A DNA stretch of 64,000 bases from Lama guanicoe (Eukaryota): the NCBI GenBank assembly GCA_013239625.1, contig MU053156.1, forward strand, positions 436,467-500,466. The letters are read 5' to 3'. The position numbers and the translations under genes were made by a program. The notes under the pieces were generated by a model, which was not told the DNA's origin, did no database searches, and was given only the letters and a program-made list of their open reading frames with translations. Shown one piece after another: positions 13,445 through 28,000 of the stretch (within the stretch, counting starts at the first letter, position 1; every line of letters starts with the position of its first letter).

Positions 13445-16400
13445 AGAGTTCTGAAGGCAGAGCCTTAAGCAATCTTCTCTGCAGGTAGTCGATCTGAAAG
13501 TGATCCCAGAGAGTCAGGGTGTGGGGCAGGGACAGTAAAGAGGAAGAAGGAAAACCAGCACAAGGGTCTGTTATGGGGATGCCTGCCTTACAGACAGCTA
13601 CCTGAGGCTGGAACCTCTCACAGAGCTTCATGAAATGCGTCTCAGTACTCAGAAACACCTGGACAGCATAAGAACAAAGTGTTCATACACCTGCCCCATT
13701 CTCCATTGAGCAGGGCTGGCCCACAGTGTAGGTCCCCACCCTTCTGCGTTGCGCACGGGCACAGGCAGAGTGGATTCCCTTGGGCATCACAAGCCAGGCT
13801 CTGAGAAACATCAGGTAGGAAGAGATAGATCCTGTTGACAATGCAGGATGCTGTTTGATTACAGCATCTCATGAAGCTGGTCAAAACCTGTGTGGAACCA
13901 GCTAGCATAGCAGTGGATGGAGTAAACACTGGAGCATGAGGGTATTGAAAGTGTCTCAGGAGGTATTCATAAAGGTTGGGTGAAAGCTTAGTAAAGCATC
14001 TAAAAACAGCGTTTTCTTAATCAATAGCCTAAGCAAGTTTCAGAGGAAACGCTTAAAGCACCTGGGAGTAGATTTGAGGTAATGAAACAAATTTTAAATA
14101 AACCTAATGCAATCAGCCCTGCTCACCTAAGGATATTTTGAAGTATTCTCATGTCTTTGTTGACTTAAGTCTCTAGAGTTATCTTGGAGGTAACCACATG
14201 GAAAGTTAGTGTAAGTGTAAGTGACTCTGCTATGGTGAGCCACAGGAGCTATTAGCAACGTATAATCAAATACAGTATGCGAGGAGACATGCATGTACGT
14301 ACGTATTGGGGGTGTGTGTGTGTGTGTCTGAGTTCGTATATGGATATTCTGTTCAAAAATATCATTTTATTCAGACTTTAGAAAGGGGCAGGGATACCAG
14401 GGTTGTGGCTGGAGGTGCTTTCCTGAGTTCACAGCCAGTCAGCTCAGGATAATCAGATCTTCACCTCTCAACACACTTCAGCCAGGCTTCTGCCCCAATT
14501 CCATGAAACTACTTTTCCCTAGGTCACTGTTAACCCTCATGTTCCAGGATATGGTTAGTAAAATCTAATGGAAGTCATTTAAAATTAATCTCTTGGAAAC
14601 TGACCAATATTTATATGTCTATGTGTATGACAGACAAAAATTATTGTATGAATACAACCATATAGCAGGCAGAACCTTAACCCTAGGTAAGTTAGACATA
14701 TTTTATTTGATTTTATCTGAGAGCACCTAGGTACCTTTTGTTAAGACACTCATTAAAGTTCTTAAAGTGTTCAGTATTACTACAAATGCTTATATTTTAT
14801 TTGTCAGTGTCCTGTTTAATTTGTTATTTGTCACTAACCAAGTCATTTTGTAATTAGTATATAATGGGCCTAATTTTATTCAATCTGTATAGCACAAAGA
14901 TGTAATTATTACAGTCTTCCCAGGGAGGTGTCGGGCTGGCAGGCATGGTGGCCCCTAGCTGGGCCAGGTGTGTGCCTGGCTTCAGCCAGGAGGACATGGA
15001 GCAGAGTGCACGTGATCTGGGGGGCCAGAGAAAGAGTCAGGAGTGGAGAGGGGCAGCAGGTGCAGAGCCCCTGGGCCTGGCAGGTTTGCAGGGGGAGAGC
15101 AGCGAGAGCCAGCTCTGAGGGGCAGCCTGCATTGGGAACTCAGGAACAACTCTCCTGCGCTAGCTCTCCTCTAAAGTGTTGTGGCCCCCTGTGTGTCGCT
15201 TCCCCCCTGAATGGTGACTAGGCTGGGCTCTGGGTTCGGGACTTAATTGGTGCGGCTGGCTCGTATGGAGCAAAACTATAAAGCGATGGGCAGGGATTCC
15301 TCCCTGTGATGAATCCTGCTAGTGCAGGCTATGGGTGGTTTTGGAGCCAGAAGTGTAAAGTGCACCTGCTTTTTCTGTCATCAGAGGAATTGAGCACTCA
15401 TGATGCATTTCAGCATGTTCTTCTGTCCTTTGTATTTTCTGTAGTTTGGCAGCTGGATCCAGACACTCAGACTTGGGTTCAATCTCTTTGGCAATACTAT
15501 GGTTTTCATCAGGAGGTTCGTAATGTTTGAATTTTGCTCTTTTGTAATGTTTATAGCACTTGATGTTTAAAGTTTAGATATATTTATTGAGGTTGCAAAA
15601 AGGCAATGTTTAATTCTACCACTTCTCTGTTTATTAGTTGGCATAATTTTATAAGGAGATGCTCACTCTCACCTCCTAATTGGTTACCCAATGGTAGAGT
15701 TCAGATAGGAGTGGCAGTATAAGGATTTGATTCTTTTTTTGTTTATTTACCCAATTTTCAAGATAATGAAGTGGTTCTCTATTATTCTGAGGAGATGACC
15801 AATTAGTTTATCTTAATATCATTACAGAATATAAATATATTTGATGGGTTTCTATTGATTGTTATTTTAATCCTCAATATTCATTGTCCTATATTCTTTC
15901 AAGTTGGCTCCAAAGTCTTCTGATATCAGAATGACCTTTCCTTGCTCTCTGGTGGTATGTCAAAATATTTCAGGTTATCTGTGTATTGCTTGCTCCTGAC
16001 CTGGAATCAGCCATTTCTCCAAGAAGCTCTGGTGTCTTTTAATAGGAAATGGTATATCAGGACCACAGTTGAGGCTTCAGAATCACTCATTGGAACTGGG
16101 GTTGTCATTGTTCCGAGGTTTTATCAGAGAATTCGTTCTAATATTTCCAGTTTAAATATAGGACTACAGGCTTTGTCCTTTACCTTGTCTTTATTACATC
16201 TGGATTTTCTTCTGCCTGTACTGGAGATCTTGGTTCTCAAGGCCTTAGGGGATGATAGATCTGGAATGTCCCCACATTACTCGTTTCCTTTATCCCATGT
16301 TACACATGGACAGTCTCAGAGTAACAGAGCTTCTGTTGAGATTTGCTGTCATGATTCCTGAAAGCAGTTAGGTTTGTTTCCATATACTCTGGCTATTTGC

Positions 16401-17242
16401 CCCCCTTTTAATAACTGTATTGTATCTACATCATCAGATCATGTTACTCTTTACCGTCTCAAACACCTTTTCTCATTAAATCTTAGTTCCATAAGTAACA
16501 ACATATTTAGTGCTCAACTCCAGTCTTTCTGTCCATGTCTTTGTAGTCATTTTAGCTGCCTGAAGATCATTCTCTATCAATTCCAAAGGAAAGACCTACG
16601 GGAATGATATTCTCTGAGCTCCTACATGCTGGCAGCAGTTTGTGAATGGCCTTTATACATTTTACATTCTTTCCCTTGAGTGTCTTCAATGTGTTACTTC
16701 ATTTATCTATTTTTTTTCTGTTGTTACGTGCTGCTGTCAAGAAGTCTATGATCACCTCGTTTTTCCCTTTATAAATCATGTGCTATTTTAGCATAGATGC
16801 AAAAGCATTTTTTTCTGTATTCAAAAGTTCATTGGTTTTACTAAATTATGTGTAGCTAATGGTTGTTCTGAGTCAGTATTCTTAGATGCATGTGTTCTAA
16901 TACGTCGTTTCAATTTTTTTTAAATTTCAGGAATGTTTTCTTGAATCATACTGTTTATGTTTGTTCATTTTCTTGTCTTTTTTCTTTTTCAGGAACTTTT
17001 TTTTTCCATTTTACTTTTTAATCCCTTTCAGAATGTAAAATGTACCATTTAACCATTTTTAAGTGGACAACCTAGTGGCATGAAGCACATTCATAATGTT
17101 GTGCAGCCATGATCACATCACTGTCCACTGTTTCATGTTCCCAAACTGATACTCTCTGCCCATTCAGCAATAACTCTCCATTCCTTCTTACGTCTTCATT
17201 TACTTTTAAAAAATTTTATATGTATATATATATATATATTTG

Positions 17243-17369
17243 AAGGGGAGGTAATTAGGTTTGATTATTTATTTATTCATAATTATTTTTAATGGAGGTG
17301 GTTGGGATTGAACCCAGGACCTCATGCCTGCTAAACACACTACCACTGAGCTATATATACCCTCTCCCA
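17243..17369 (-). mobile_element. Vic-1-like SINE preceded by (TA)n; second copy at about 21790-21915
   Basis: GGGGAGGTAATTAGG...GGGATTGAACCCAGGACCTCATG...CCACTGAGCTATAT; A and B boxes on the minus strand. Confidence 0.8.
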
Positions 17370-17441
17370 CTTCATTTACTTTTGATTTTCAGATGCTTCA
17401 TCCTTTTCATCTAGTTCTTTTGAGTTGTTTTTTTTTTTTTT

Positions 17442-17473
17442 NNNNNNNNNNNNNNNNNNNNNNNNNNNNNNNN
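17442..17473. other. Assembly gap inside a poly-T tract
   Basis: N run. Confidence 1.
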
Positions 17474-20400
17474 TTTTTTTTTTTTTTTGCTGTATTTATT
17501 TCCTTTTGTGATCCTTCTGTTCTGTGAGTCTTCATATCTGAAGTGATAATTTTCGTTTCAACTTTTCTTTAAATCTGTCACCTCATTTCTGAATTCGAAT
17601 TCTGACTTAGGTCAGTCTTTCATGTCTAGTACCATCATTTTCTTAATGTCTTTTAGTTCATTCTGAAATGCTGCATTACAATTTTGTTCTGTTATTTTGA
17701 GCATGTTTCTGGAATGCTGTAACTATTTACAGGATTGTGATTCTATTTCTTCTCTTTTTTTCTTATAGTAATTTACCGTGGGATTTGACCTTCGTAGCTG
17801 TCTGTTGCTTGTTTCTGTGTGAATTGAGTTTTCCAGAACTTCAGAAGGAGGGCTTGGCTCAGGTGGATTTTCTGTCTTTACAGAACTCCCCCTTCTGTTG
17901 TTTTCACGTGATATTAAAAAATATGGTGGCTTGATTTTTGAGCTTTCTTGGCTCCTTTCTTCTCCTGCACTTCATCTGAATTTTTCCTTTCCTTTGTCTC
18001 CATTGTCTTGTTCTGCTTGATTTTTGCTCCACTCCCAGAAGTGTCCGCTCACTGTGAAGCCCTGTCCTTACAATGATCTGCCTGGTCACGTTGGAGAGTT
18101 CACGAGTGTAGGGATGGATCTCAGTACCGCTGGAGTGGGCAAAGTCATGCCTGATTGCAGCTTCTCTTCTCAGCTTGGCCTGACACACTTTCCCGGAAAT
18201 GCCTGTTGCTTATTTCTCAGGGTTGTCAGATGCTTTGCTGCATCCCTCTGGTTTCTCTCACAAAGATGGTGATAACTAGTAGGATTTTATGCCTATTAAT
18301 GGTTTGTCTCCACCTTCTTGTATCTTGGGGTTTGTGGAGATATCTTGCTTAGTTTTATTGGGAAATGTTGTTCATGAGACTTTTGATTTACTACATAAAT
18401 TGCTTTCTCTGTTTTTATCTGGAGGTTAGGGGAGGTCCACAAACTTTGTTGCCAACTCTGGCACCAACTTCGCAGTATCCTCACATATTTCACTATAGTC
18501 TTTTATTACCATATTTTCATTTGAGATTAAATTAAAAATGTAAAAAAATACATCCCAATTAATAGAAATAGAGTTCTGAAGGCAGAGCCTTAAGCAATCT
18601 TCTCTGCAGGTAGTCGATCTGAAAGTGATCCCAGAGAGTCAGGGTGTGGGGCAGGGACAGTAAAGAGGAAGAAGGAAAACCAGCACAAGGGTCTGTTATG
18701 GGGATGCCTGCCTTACAGACAGCTACCTGAGGCTGGAACCTCTCACAGAGCTTCATGAAATGCGTCTCAGTACTCAGAAACACCTGGACAGCATAAGAAC
18801 AAAGTGTTCATACACCTGCCCCATTCTCCATTGAGCAGGGCTGGCCCACAGTGTAGGTCCCCACCCTTCTGCGTTGCGCACGGGCACAGGCAGAGTGGAT
18901 TCCCTTGGGCATCACAAGCCAGGCTCTGAGAAACATCAGGTAGGAAGAGATAGATCCTGTTGACAATGCAGGATGCTGTTTGATTACAGCATCTCATGAA
19001 GCTGGTCAAAACCTGTGTGGAACCAGCTAGCATAGCAGTGGATGGAGTAAACACTGGAGCATGAGGGTATTGAAAGTGTCTCAGGAGGTATTCATAAAGG
19101 TTGGGTGAAAGCTTAGTAAAGCATCTAAAAACAGCGTTTTCTTAATCAATAGCCTAAGCAAGTTTCAGAGGAAACGCTTAAAGCACCTGGGAGTAGATTT
19201 GAGGTAATGAAACAAATTTTAAATAAACCTAATGCAATCAGCCCTGCTCACCTAAGGATATTTTGAAGTATTCTCATGTCTTTGTTGACTTAAGTCTCTA
19301 GAGTTATCTTGGAGGTAACCACATGGAAAGTTAGTGTAAGTGTAAGTGACTCTGCTATGGTGAGCCACAGGAGCTATTAGCAACGTATAATCAAATACAG
19401 TATGCGAGGAGACATGCATGTACGTACGTATGGGGGGTGTGTGTGTGTGTGTCTGAGTTCGTATACGGATATTCTGTTCAAAAATATCATTTTATTCAGA
19501 CTTTAGAAAGGGGCAGGGATACCAGGGTTGTGGCTGGAGGTGCTTTCCTGAGTTCACAGCCAGTCAGCTCAGGATAATCAGATCTTCACCTCTCAACACA
19601 CTTCAGCCAGGCTTCTGCCCCAATTCCATGAAACTACTTTTCCCTAGGTCACTGTTAACCCTCATGTTCCAGGATATGGTTAGTAAAATCTAATGGAAGT
19701 CATTTAAAATTAATCTCTTGGAAACTGACCAATATTTATATGTCTATGTGTATGACAGACAAAAATTATTGTATGAATACAACCATATAGCAGGCAGAAC
19801 CTTAACCCTAGGTAAGTTAGACATATTTTATTTGATTTTATCTGAGAGCACCTAGGTACCTTTTGTTAAGACACTCATTAAAGTTCTTAAAGTGTTCAGT
19901 ATTACTACAAATGCTTATATTTTATTTGTCAGTGTCCTGTTTAATTTGTTATTTGTCACTAACCAAGTCATTTTGTAATTAGTATATAATGGGCCTAATT
20001 TTATTCAATCTATATAGCACAAAGATGTAATTATTACAGTCTTCCCAGGGAGGTGTCGGGCTGGCAGGCATGGTGGCCCCTAGCTGGGCCAGGTGTGTGC
20101 CTGGCTTCAGCCAGGAGGACATGGAGCAGAGTGCACGTGATCTGGGGGGCCAGAGAAAGAGTCAGGAGTGGAGAGGGGCAGCAGGTGCAGAGCCCCTGGG
20201 CCTGGCAGGTTTGCAGGGGGAGAGCAGCGAGAGCCAGCTCTGAGGGGCAGCCTGCATTGGGAACTCAGGAACAACTCTCCTGCGCTAGCTCTCCTCTAAA
20301 GTGTTGTGGCCCCCTGTGTGTCGCTTCCCCCCTGAATGGTGACTAGGCTGGGCTCTGGGTTCGGGACTTAATTGGTGCGGCTGGCTCGTATGGAGCAAAA

Positions 20401-21996
20401 CTATAAAGCGATGGGCAGGGATTCCTCCCTGTGATGAATCCTGCTAGTGCAGGCTATGGGTGGTTTTGGAGCCAGAAGTGTAAAGTGCACCTGCTTTTTC
20501 TGTCATCAGAGGAGGACTTCAGACAAGGGCTTTCCTGAGGGGCCTCAGCGTGGGGGTCGTGGGGCTTTGCTCACAGTAACCAGCTTGTGTGTCCTGGTGG
20601 ACAGTGTATCTGACTGAAACTGGCAGGCCTGGTAATCTGTGACTGCAAGAGGACTCTTATTTGTAGATGTGAATTAATTGTATTAGTTATAAGGCTATCC
20701 CAACAGCCTCATCCAAAAGGAGTCTCATCAGAGCTGACACCACAGAACCCTTTCCCCTCTCCCACACCTTGCAATGAACAGCATTTGAATTTGAGGTTAA
20801 TGTATATTAAAAACACCATTTTCATTTTACTTCCTTTGTATTCTCAGTGAAAGGTAATAGGTAACCAAAGCAAAAAATGGTGAACTGATGAAAAAATGGT
20901 CATTTTTGGCAGGTCAAGTTGTTACTCTGGTGCTTAAAAAAATGTCATTAATCAGGATTTTCCAGTAGCCAGATTGTCTGGTACAGGTGGCTGGGTGACT
21001 CACAGATTTGGCTCTGATAGTAATTGTAGACTTTGTGACCTTCTCATGGCTTGGAAGGGACCGACTTAGAGTATTTTACACCCCACATCTGGCAACGTGA
21101 CCAGCAGGCTGTGGGGAGTACTCTGCCCAGGCACATCTGGGCTGGGAGGGCTGTGGACCTACTGAACTGGAATAGTACCAAACACTCCCATCCTGGAGCA
21201 CACTGCCCCTTTCCCCCACCACCTCGCATCTGTCCTGAGTCAGGAGCTCCACAAGTGGGGACTTACTCTCCCTGATCACCTGTCAAGGGAGGCTGCTTTG
21301 TGTCTGTGAGCCTCTCCTGCCACCCCCTTGTGGCCTCCCCTCACTAATTTCCTCTGCTCTTGGTTAAGACGTCCATAAGCATTGAATGACTTACCCCAGT
21401 GATCAGGGTTAGCTTCACGAGCACAGTGAATTCTTCATCAAATCATACAAAGTGATGACATAATTAGAGGTTTCTCATCAGAAAGATGTTTTCTGAAATA
21501 TGACTTCTACGTCACCTTCCAATGCTGTTAATCATTTACTCCCATTCCTTCCAAAGAGCTTTGCACTTACAGTATAGCTGTCCTAAGTGGTGCTATAACC
21601 ATTTTTAAGTGGACAACCTAGTGGCATGAAGCACATTCATAATGTTGTGCAGCCATGATCACATCACTGTCCACTGTTTCATCTTCCCAAACTGATACTC
21701 TCTGCCCATTCAGCAATAACTCTCCATTCCTTCTTACGTCTTCATTTACTTTTAAAAAATTTTATATGTATATATATATATATATTTGAAGGGGAGGTGA
21801 TTAGGTTTGATTATTTATTTATTCATAATTATTTTTAATGGAGGTGGTTGGGATTGAACCCAGGACCTCATGCCTGCTAAACACACTACCACTGAGCTAT
21901 ATATACCCTCTCCCACTTCATTTACTTTTGATTTTCAGATGCTTCATCCTTTTCATCTAGTTCTTTTGAGTTGTTTTTTTTTTTTTTGCTGTATTT

Positions 21997-22068
21997 NNNN
22001 NNNNNNNNNNNNNNNNNNNNNNNNNNNNNNNNNNNNNNNNNNNNNNNNNNNNNNNNNNNNNNNNNNNN
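21997..22068. other. Assembly gap with overlapping flanks
   Basis: T(n)GCTGTATTT occurs on both sides of the gap. Confidence 1.
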
Positions 22069-25000
22069 TTTTTTTTTTTTTTTGCTGTATTTATTTCCTT
22101 TTGTGATCCTTCTGTTCTGTGAGTCTTCATATCTGAAGTGATAATTTTCGTTTCAACTTTTCTTTAAATCTGTCACCTCATTTCTGAATTCGAATTCTGA
22201 CTTAGGTCAGTCTTTCATGTCTAGTACCATCATTTTCTTAATGTCTTTTAGTTCATTCTGAAATGCTGCATTACAATTTTGTTCTGTTATTTTGAGCATG
22301 TTTCTGGAATGCTGTAACTATTTACAGGATTGTGATTCTATTTCTTCTCTTTTTTTCTTATAGTAATTTACCGTGGGATTTGACCTTCGTAGCTGTCTGT
22401 TGCTTGTTTCTGTGTGAATTGAGTTTTCCAGAACTTCAGAAGGAGGGCTTGGCTCAGGTGGATTTTCTGTCTTTACAGAACTCCCCCTTCTGTTGTTTTC
22501 ACGTGATATTAAAAAATATGGTGGCTTGATTTTTGAGCTTTCTTGGCTCCTTTCTTCTCCTGCACTTCATCTGAATTTTTCCTTTCCTTTGTCTCCATTG
22601 TCTTGTTCTGCTTGATTTTTGCTCCACTCCCAGAAGTGTCCGCTCACTGTGAAGCCCTGTCCTTACAATGATCTGCCTGGTCACGTTGGAGAGTTCACGA
22701 GTGTAGGGATGGATCTCAGTACCGCTGGAGTGGGCAAAGTCATGCCTGATTGCAGCTTCTCTTCTCAGCTTGGCCTGACACACTTTCCCGGAAATGCCTG
22801 TTGCTTATTTCTCAGGGTTGTCAGATGCTTTGCTGCATCCCTCTGGTTTCTCTCACAAAGATGGTGATAACTAGTAGGATTTTATGCCTATTAATGGTTT
22901 GTCTCCACCTTCTTGTATCTTGGGGTTTGTGGAGATATCTTGCTTAGTTTTATTGGGAAATGTTGTTCATGAGACTTTTGATTTACTACATAAATTGCTT
23001 TCTCTGTTTTTATCTGGAGGTTAGGGGAGGTCCACAAACTTTGTTGCCAACTCTGGCACCAACTTCGCAGTATCCTCACATATTTCACTATAGTCTTTTA
23101 TTACCATATTTTCATTTGAGATTAAATTAAAAATGTAAAAAAATACATCCCAATTAATAGAAATAGAGTTCTGAAGGCAGAGCCTTAAGCAATCTTCTCT
23201 GCAGGTAGTCGATCTGAAAGTGATCCCAGAGAGTCAGGGTGTGGGGCAGGGACAGTAAAGAGGAAGAAGGAAAACCAGCACAAGGGTCTGTTATGGGGAT
23301 GCCTGCCTTACAGACAGCTACCTGAGGCTGGAACCTCTCACAGAGCTTCATGAAATGCGTCTCAGTACTCAGAAACACCTGGACAGCATAAGAACAAAGT
23401 GTTCATACACCTGCCCCATTCTCCATTGAGCAGGGCTGGCCCACAGTGTAGGTCCCCACCCTTCTGCGTTGCGCACGGGCACAGGCAGAGTGGATTCCCT
23501 TGGGCATCACAAGCCAGGCTCTGAGAAACATCAGGTAGGAAGAGATAGATCCTGTTGACAATGCAGGATGCTGTTTGATTACAGCATCTCATGAAGCTGG
23601 TCAAAACCTGTGTGGAACCAGCTAGCATAGCAGTGGATGGAGTAAACACTGGAGCATGAGGGTATTGAAAGTGTCTCAGGAGGTATTCATAAAGGTTGGG
23701 TGAAAGCTTAGTAAAGCATCTAAAAACAGCGTTTTCTTAATCAATAGCCTAAGCAAGTTTCAGAGGAAACGCTTAAAGCACCTGGGAGTAGATTTGAGGT
23801 AATGAAACAAATTTTAAATAAACCTAATGCAATCAGCCCTGCTCACCTAAGGATATTTTGAAGTATTCTCATGTCTTTGTTGACTTAAGTCTCTAGAGTT
23901 ATCTTGGAGGTAACCACATGGAAAGTTAGTGTAAGTGTAAGTGACTCTGCTATGGTGAGCCACAGGAGCTATTAGCAACGTATAATCAAATACAGTATGC
24001 GAGGAGACATGCATGTACGTACGTATGGGGGGTGTGTGTGTGTGTGTCTGAGTTCGTATACGGATATTCTGTTCAAAAATATCATTTTATTCAGACTTTA
24101 GAAAGGGGCAGGGATACCAGGGTTGTGGCTGGAGGTGCTTTCCTGAGTTCACAGCCAGTCAGCTCAGGATAATCAGATCTTCACCTCTCAACACACTTCA
24201 GCCAGGCTTCTGCCCCAATTCCATGAAACTACTTTTCCCTAGGTCACTGTTAACCCTCATGTTCCAGGATATGGTTAGTAAAATCTAATGGAAGTCATTT
24301 AAAATTAATCTCTTGGAAACTGACCAATATTTATATGTCTATGTGTATGACAGACAAAAATTATTGTATGAATACAACCATATAGCAGGCAGAACCTTAA
24401 CCCTAGGTAAGTTAGACATATTTTATTTGATTTTATCTGAGAGCACCTAGGTACCTTTTGTTAAGACACTCATTAAAGTTCTTAAAGTGTTCAGTATTAC
24501 TACAAATGCTTATATTTTATTTGTCAGTGTCCTGTTTAATTTGTTATTTGTCACTAACCAAGTCATTTTGTAATTAGTATATAATGGGCCTAATTTTATT
24601 CAATCTATATAGCACAAAGATGTAATTATTACAGTCTTCCCAGGGAGGTGTCGGGCTGGCAGGCATGGTGGCCCCTAGCTGGGCCAGGTGTGTGCCTGGC
24701 TTCAGCCAGGAGGACATGGAGCAGAGTGCACGTGATCTGGGGGGCCAGAGAAAGAGTCAGGAGTGGAGAGGGGCAGCAGGTGCAGAGCCCCTGGGCCTGG
24801 CAGGTTTGCAGGGGGAGAGCAGCGAGAGCCAGCTCTGAGGGGCAGCCTGCATTGGGAACTCAGGAACAACTCTCCTGCGCTAGCTCTCCTCTAAAGTGTT
24901 GTGGCCCCCTGTGTGTCGCTTCCCCCCTGAATGGTGACTAGGCTGGGCTCTGGGTTCGGGACTTAATTGATGCGGCTGGCTCGTATGGAGCAAAACTATA

Positions 25001-28000
25001 AAGCGATGGGCAGGGATTCCTCCCTGTGATGAATCCTGCTAGTGCAGGCTATGGGTGGGTTTGGAGCCAGAAGTGTAAAGTGCACCTGCTTTTTCTGTCA
25101 TCAGAGGACTTCAGACAAGGGCTTTCCTGAGGGGCCTCAGCGTGGGGGTCGTGGGGCTTTGCTCATAGTAACCAGCGTGTGTGTCCTGGTGGACAGTGTA
25201 TCTGACTGAAACTGGCAGGCCTGGTAATCTGTGACTGCAAGAGGACTCTTATTTGTAGATGTGAATTAATTGTATTAGTTATAAGACTATCCCAACAGCC
25301 TCATCCAAAAGGAGTCTCATCAGAGCTGACACCACAGAACCCTTTCCCCTCTCCCACACCTTGCAATGAACAGCATTTGAATTTGAGGTTAATGTATATT
25401 AAAAACACCATTTTCATTTTACTTCCTTTGTATTCTCAGTGAAAGGTAATAGGTAACCAAAGCAAAAAATGGTGAACTGATGAAAAAATGGTCATTTTTG
25501 GCAGGTCAAGTTGTTACTCTGGTGCTTAAAAAAATGTCATTAATCAGGATTTTCCAGTAGCCAGATTGTCTGGTACAGGTGGCTGGGTGACTCACAGATT
25601 TGGCTCTGATAGTAATTGTAGACTTTGTGACCTTCTCATGGCTTGGAAGGGACCGACTTAGAGTATTTTACACCCCACATCTGGCAACGTGACCAGCAGG
25701 CTGTGGGGAGTACTCTGCCCAGGCACATCTGGGCTGGGAGGGCTGTGGACCTACTGAACTGGAATAGTACCAAACACTCCCATCCTGGAGCACACTGCCC
25801 CTTTCCCCCACCACCTCGCATCTGTCCTGAGTCAGGAGCTCCACAAGTGGGGACTTACTCTCCCTGATCACCTGTCAAGGGAGGCTGCTTTGTGTCTGTG
25901 AGCCTCTCCTGCCACCCCCTTGTGGCCTCCCCTCACTAATTTCCTCTGCTCTTGGTTAAGACGTCCATAAGCATTGAATGACTTACCCCAGTGATCAGGG
26001 TTAGCTTCACGAGCACAGTGAATTCTTCATCAAATCATACAAAGTGATGACATAATTAGAGGTTTCTCATCAGAAAGATGTTTTCTGAAATATGACTTCT
26101 ACGTCACCTTCCAATGCTGTTAATCATTTACTCCCATTCCTTCCAAAGAGCTTTGCACTTACAGTATAGCTGTCCTAAGTGGTGCTGCTGGAGACAGAAA
26201 TAAACATGGATTTATTTAGCAGTGTTTTTGTGAGCCTTAGGTTTCCTGTGCTGGAAATGAATTAATAACAAAGAGTTTATTTTTATGCAGTTCAGATTAC
26301 TTTGCATGATTTCTCCCCAGCAATGTGAATGTCTTCCTGTGCCAATCTGTAGCTTCTTTTATTTTTGTCTACTTCATTTTTGAAATTGGTGGAAATTTCA
26401 CATTAAACATTAAAAGCAGAAAAGCACTTTGCAAAATTTGAGTCACATTGGATTCTGAATACCCAGAATCCAACCAATTCTGAAAATAAATTCTAACATT
26501 TTAAAGATTGTTAGAGGATTTGTTACCTGTGGTTTTAGCAGAGTATCTCCCATCATGTGCCTGCATGATGAAATTGAAGAAATTCTGTAATGCTTTTATA
26601 CTTGAGGAAAAACTTCATGGTTTCTCAGTTACTCAAACAGTTGAACGATACACACACTGATCACAGGTATTAAAGGGAAATTAATCAAAATATTATTTAT
26701 TGACCTTTGGAATGGATATGCCATGGTCATTCACTGGACACAATAAAAATAACTATGATTCGCCATTGTGGCCAGGTGGAAATCATATTTCAAGCATTGC
26801 CACATGTTGGTTATAAGAATTACAAGCCACCAAACAGGAAGTTAGCAGGCAAAGCATTCTCTTAACCGTGGTTAAGAATCATTCTGATCAACCACAGGTT
26901 TACGCATATTGTTTTTATTCAGTAACCATCTTCCCAGCCGATCGCCATCTTTTCAAGTAGGTGCTGTTGTCTTTGGTCACAAAGCTTGATCTGGGTGATT
27001 TCAGGTTTATTCACAACAAACGCGCTGGTTTCTGGGAGCTAAGCTGTGAGCCTCGGGGTGGATGGTGGGGATGTGGGGCTGCGGACTCCTCTTTAACTCC
27101 TGCACATGCTGTTAGAAGGGCGGTTATGTTTAAGGCACGAGCCCCTTCCAGGGCTTAGCAGCAGCTGCAAACAGTAGGTCTGAGCCGACGTGGCCCTCCT
27201 GGGAGAAAGGCAGGGGGCGTCCACGTGCAGAGCCAGCTCTGCTTTTCTCTGTGTGGTTTGTGCACTGGCCGCACCTGTGATAAGAGCCTTGGTCAGGCAG
27301 CCCTTCGAGGGGTCCCTCACTCTCAGGCCACTATCAGGGAGGGGGGAATGTCTGTTTCTGGCAGTTCCCACACTTGCCCCGAGGAGCTTCAGTTGGGTGA
27401 CTTAGGGACCACGTCTCCGGATTCGGCACTGACGGTTCCCCATGCTGGGCTGGACTGTGTGTGTTCTTGAAGGCTCTGCCTTCCTTGGAGCATCTCCAAG
27501 GAGTTCAGGTCACCAGTCCGATGAGGACAGCTTCTGTGGCCTGTGCCATCTGGCCTTCCAGGACAGCTGCACGGTGACTTCTCTGGAGAGCCGGCCTGGC
27601 CCACTTGCGGGATCTGGCGGTGGTGGACTCACTCTCTGCTTGAGAATGGCTCCTGGTGGGCTGATGGGCTCAGGAAGTCGGGACCCCACCTCTCTCCCAG
27701 GAGTAAGTGCCTCCATGAGGAACACGGCATTTGTTTGTAGCCAAGAATGGTACCTGCCTTTGAGGGAAGTTTAGGAAGTAAATCTGAAGGATGTGGGGCC
27801 ATCACTGCACAGCCTCCAGGGCTGGGACAGGGTGGCCAGTCTGGAAAGGAAACTGGTACCCAGGGCAGCACGACCTGGCCATGGGTGGGCAGCAGGGATG
27901 GAGACACCTGGTCTTGCGACTTCATTGATGTCAAGTTGGACCTGAAATTGTCACTTCCACTTCATTTTCAGTTCTGTATTTGTCAACCAAGAAATCCCTC

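Larger units (their letters stand above)
6512..27082 (+). repeat. Irregular near-identical tandem block; the core segment occurs four times (starts 9432, 13445, 18570, 23165)
   Basis: The same ORFs recur (e.g. the 97-aa ORF at 10916, 14928, 20053, 24648). Abrupt junctions at 15388/15389 (jump back to 6512) and 21594/21596 (jump back to 17050). Confidence 0.95.

Noticed and set aside
6512..27082. Macrosatellite or tandem gene array
   Set aside because: Periods are irregular, junctions differ and no supported coding unit was found; not a regular array
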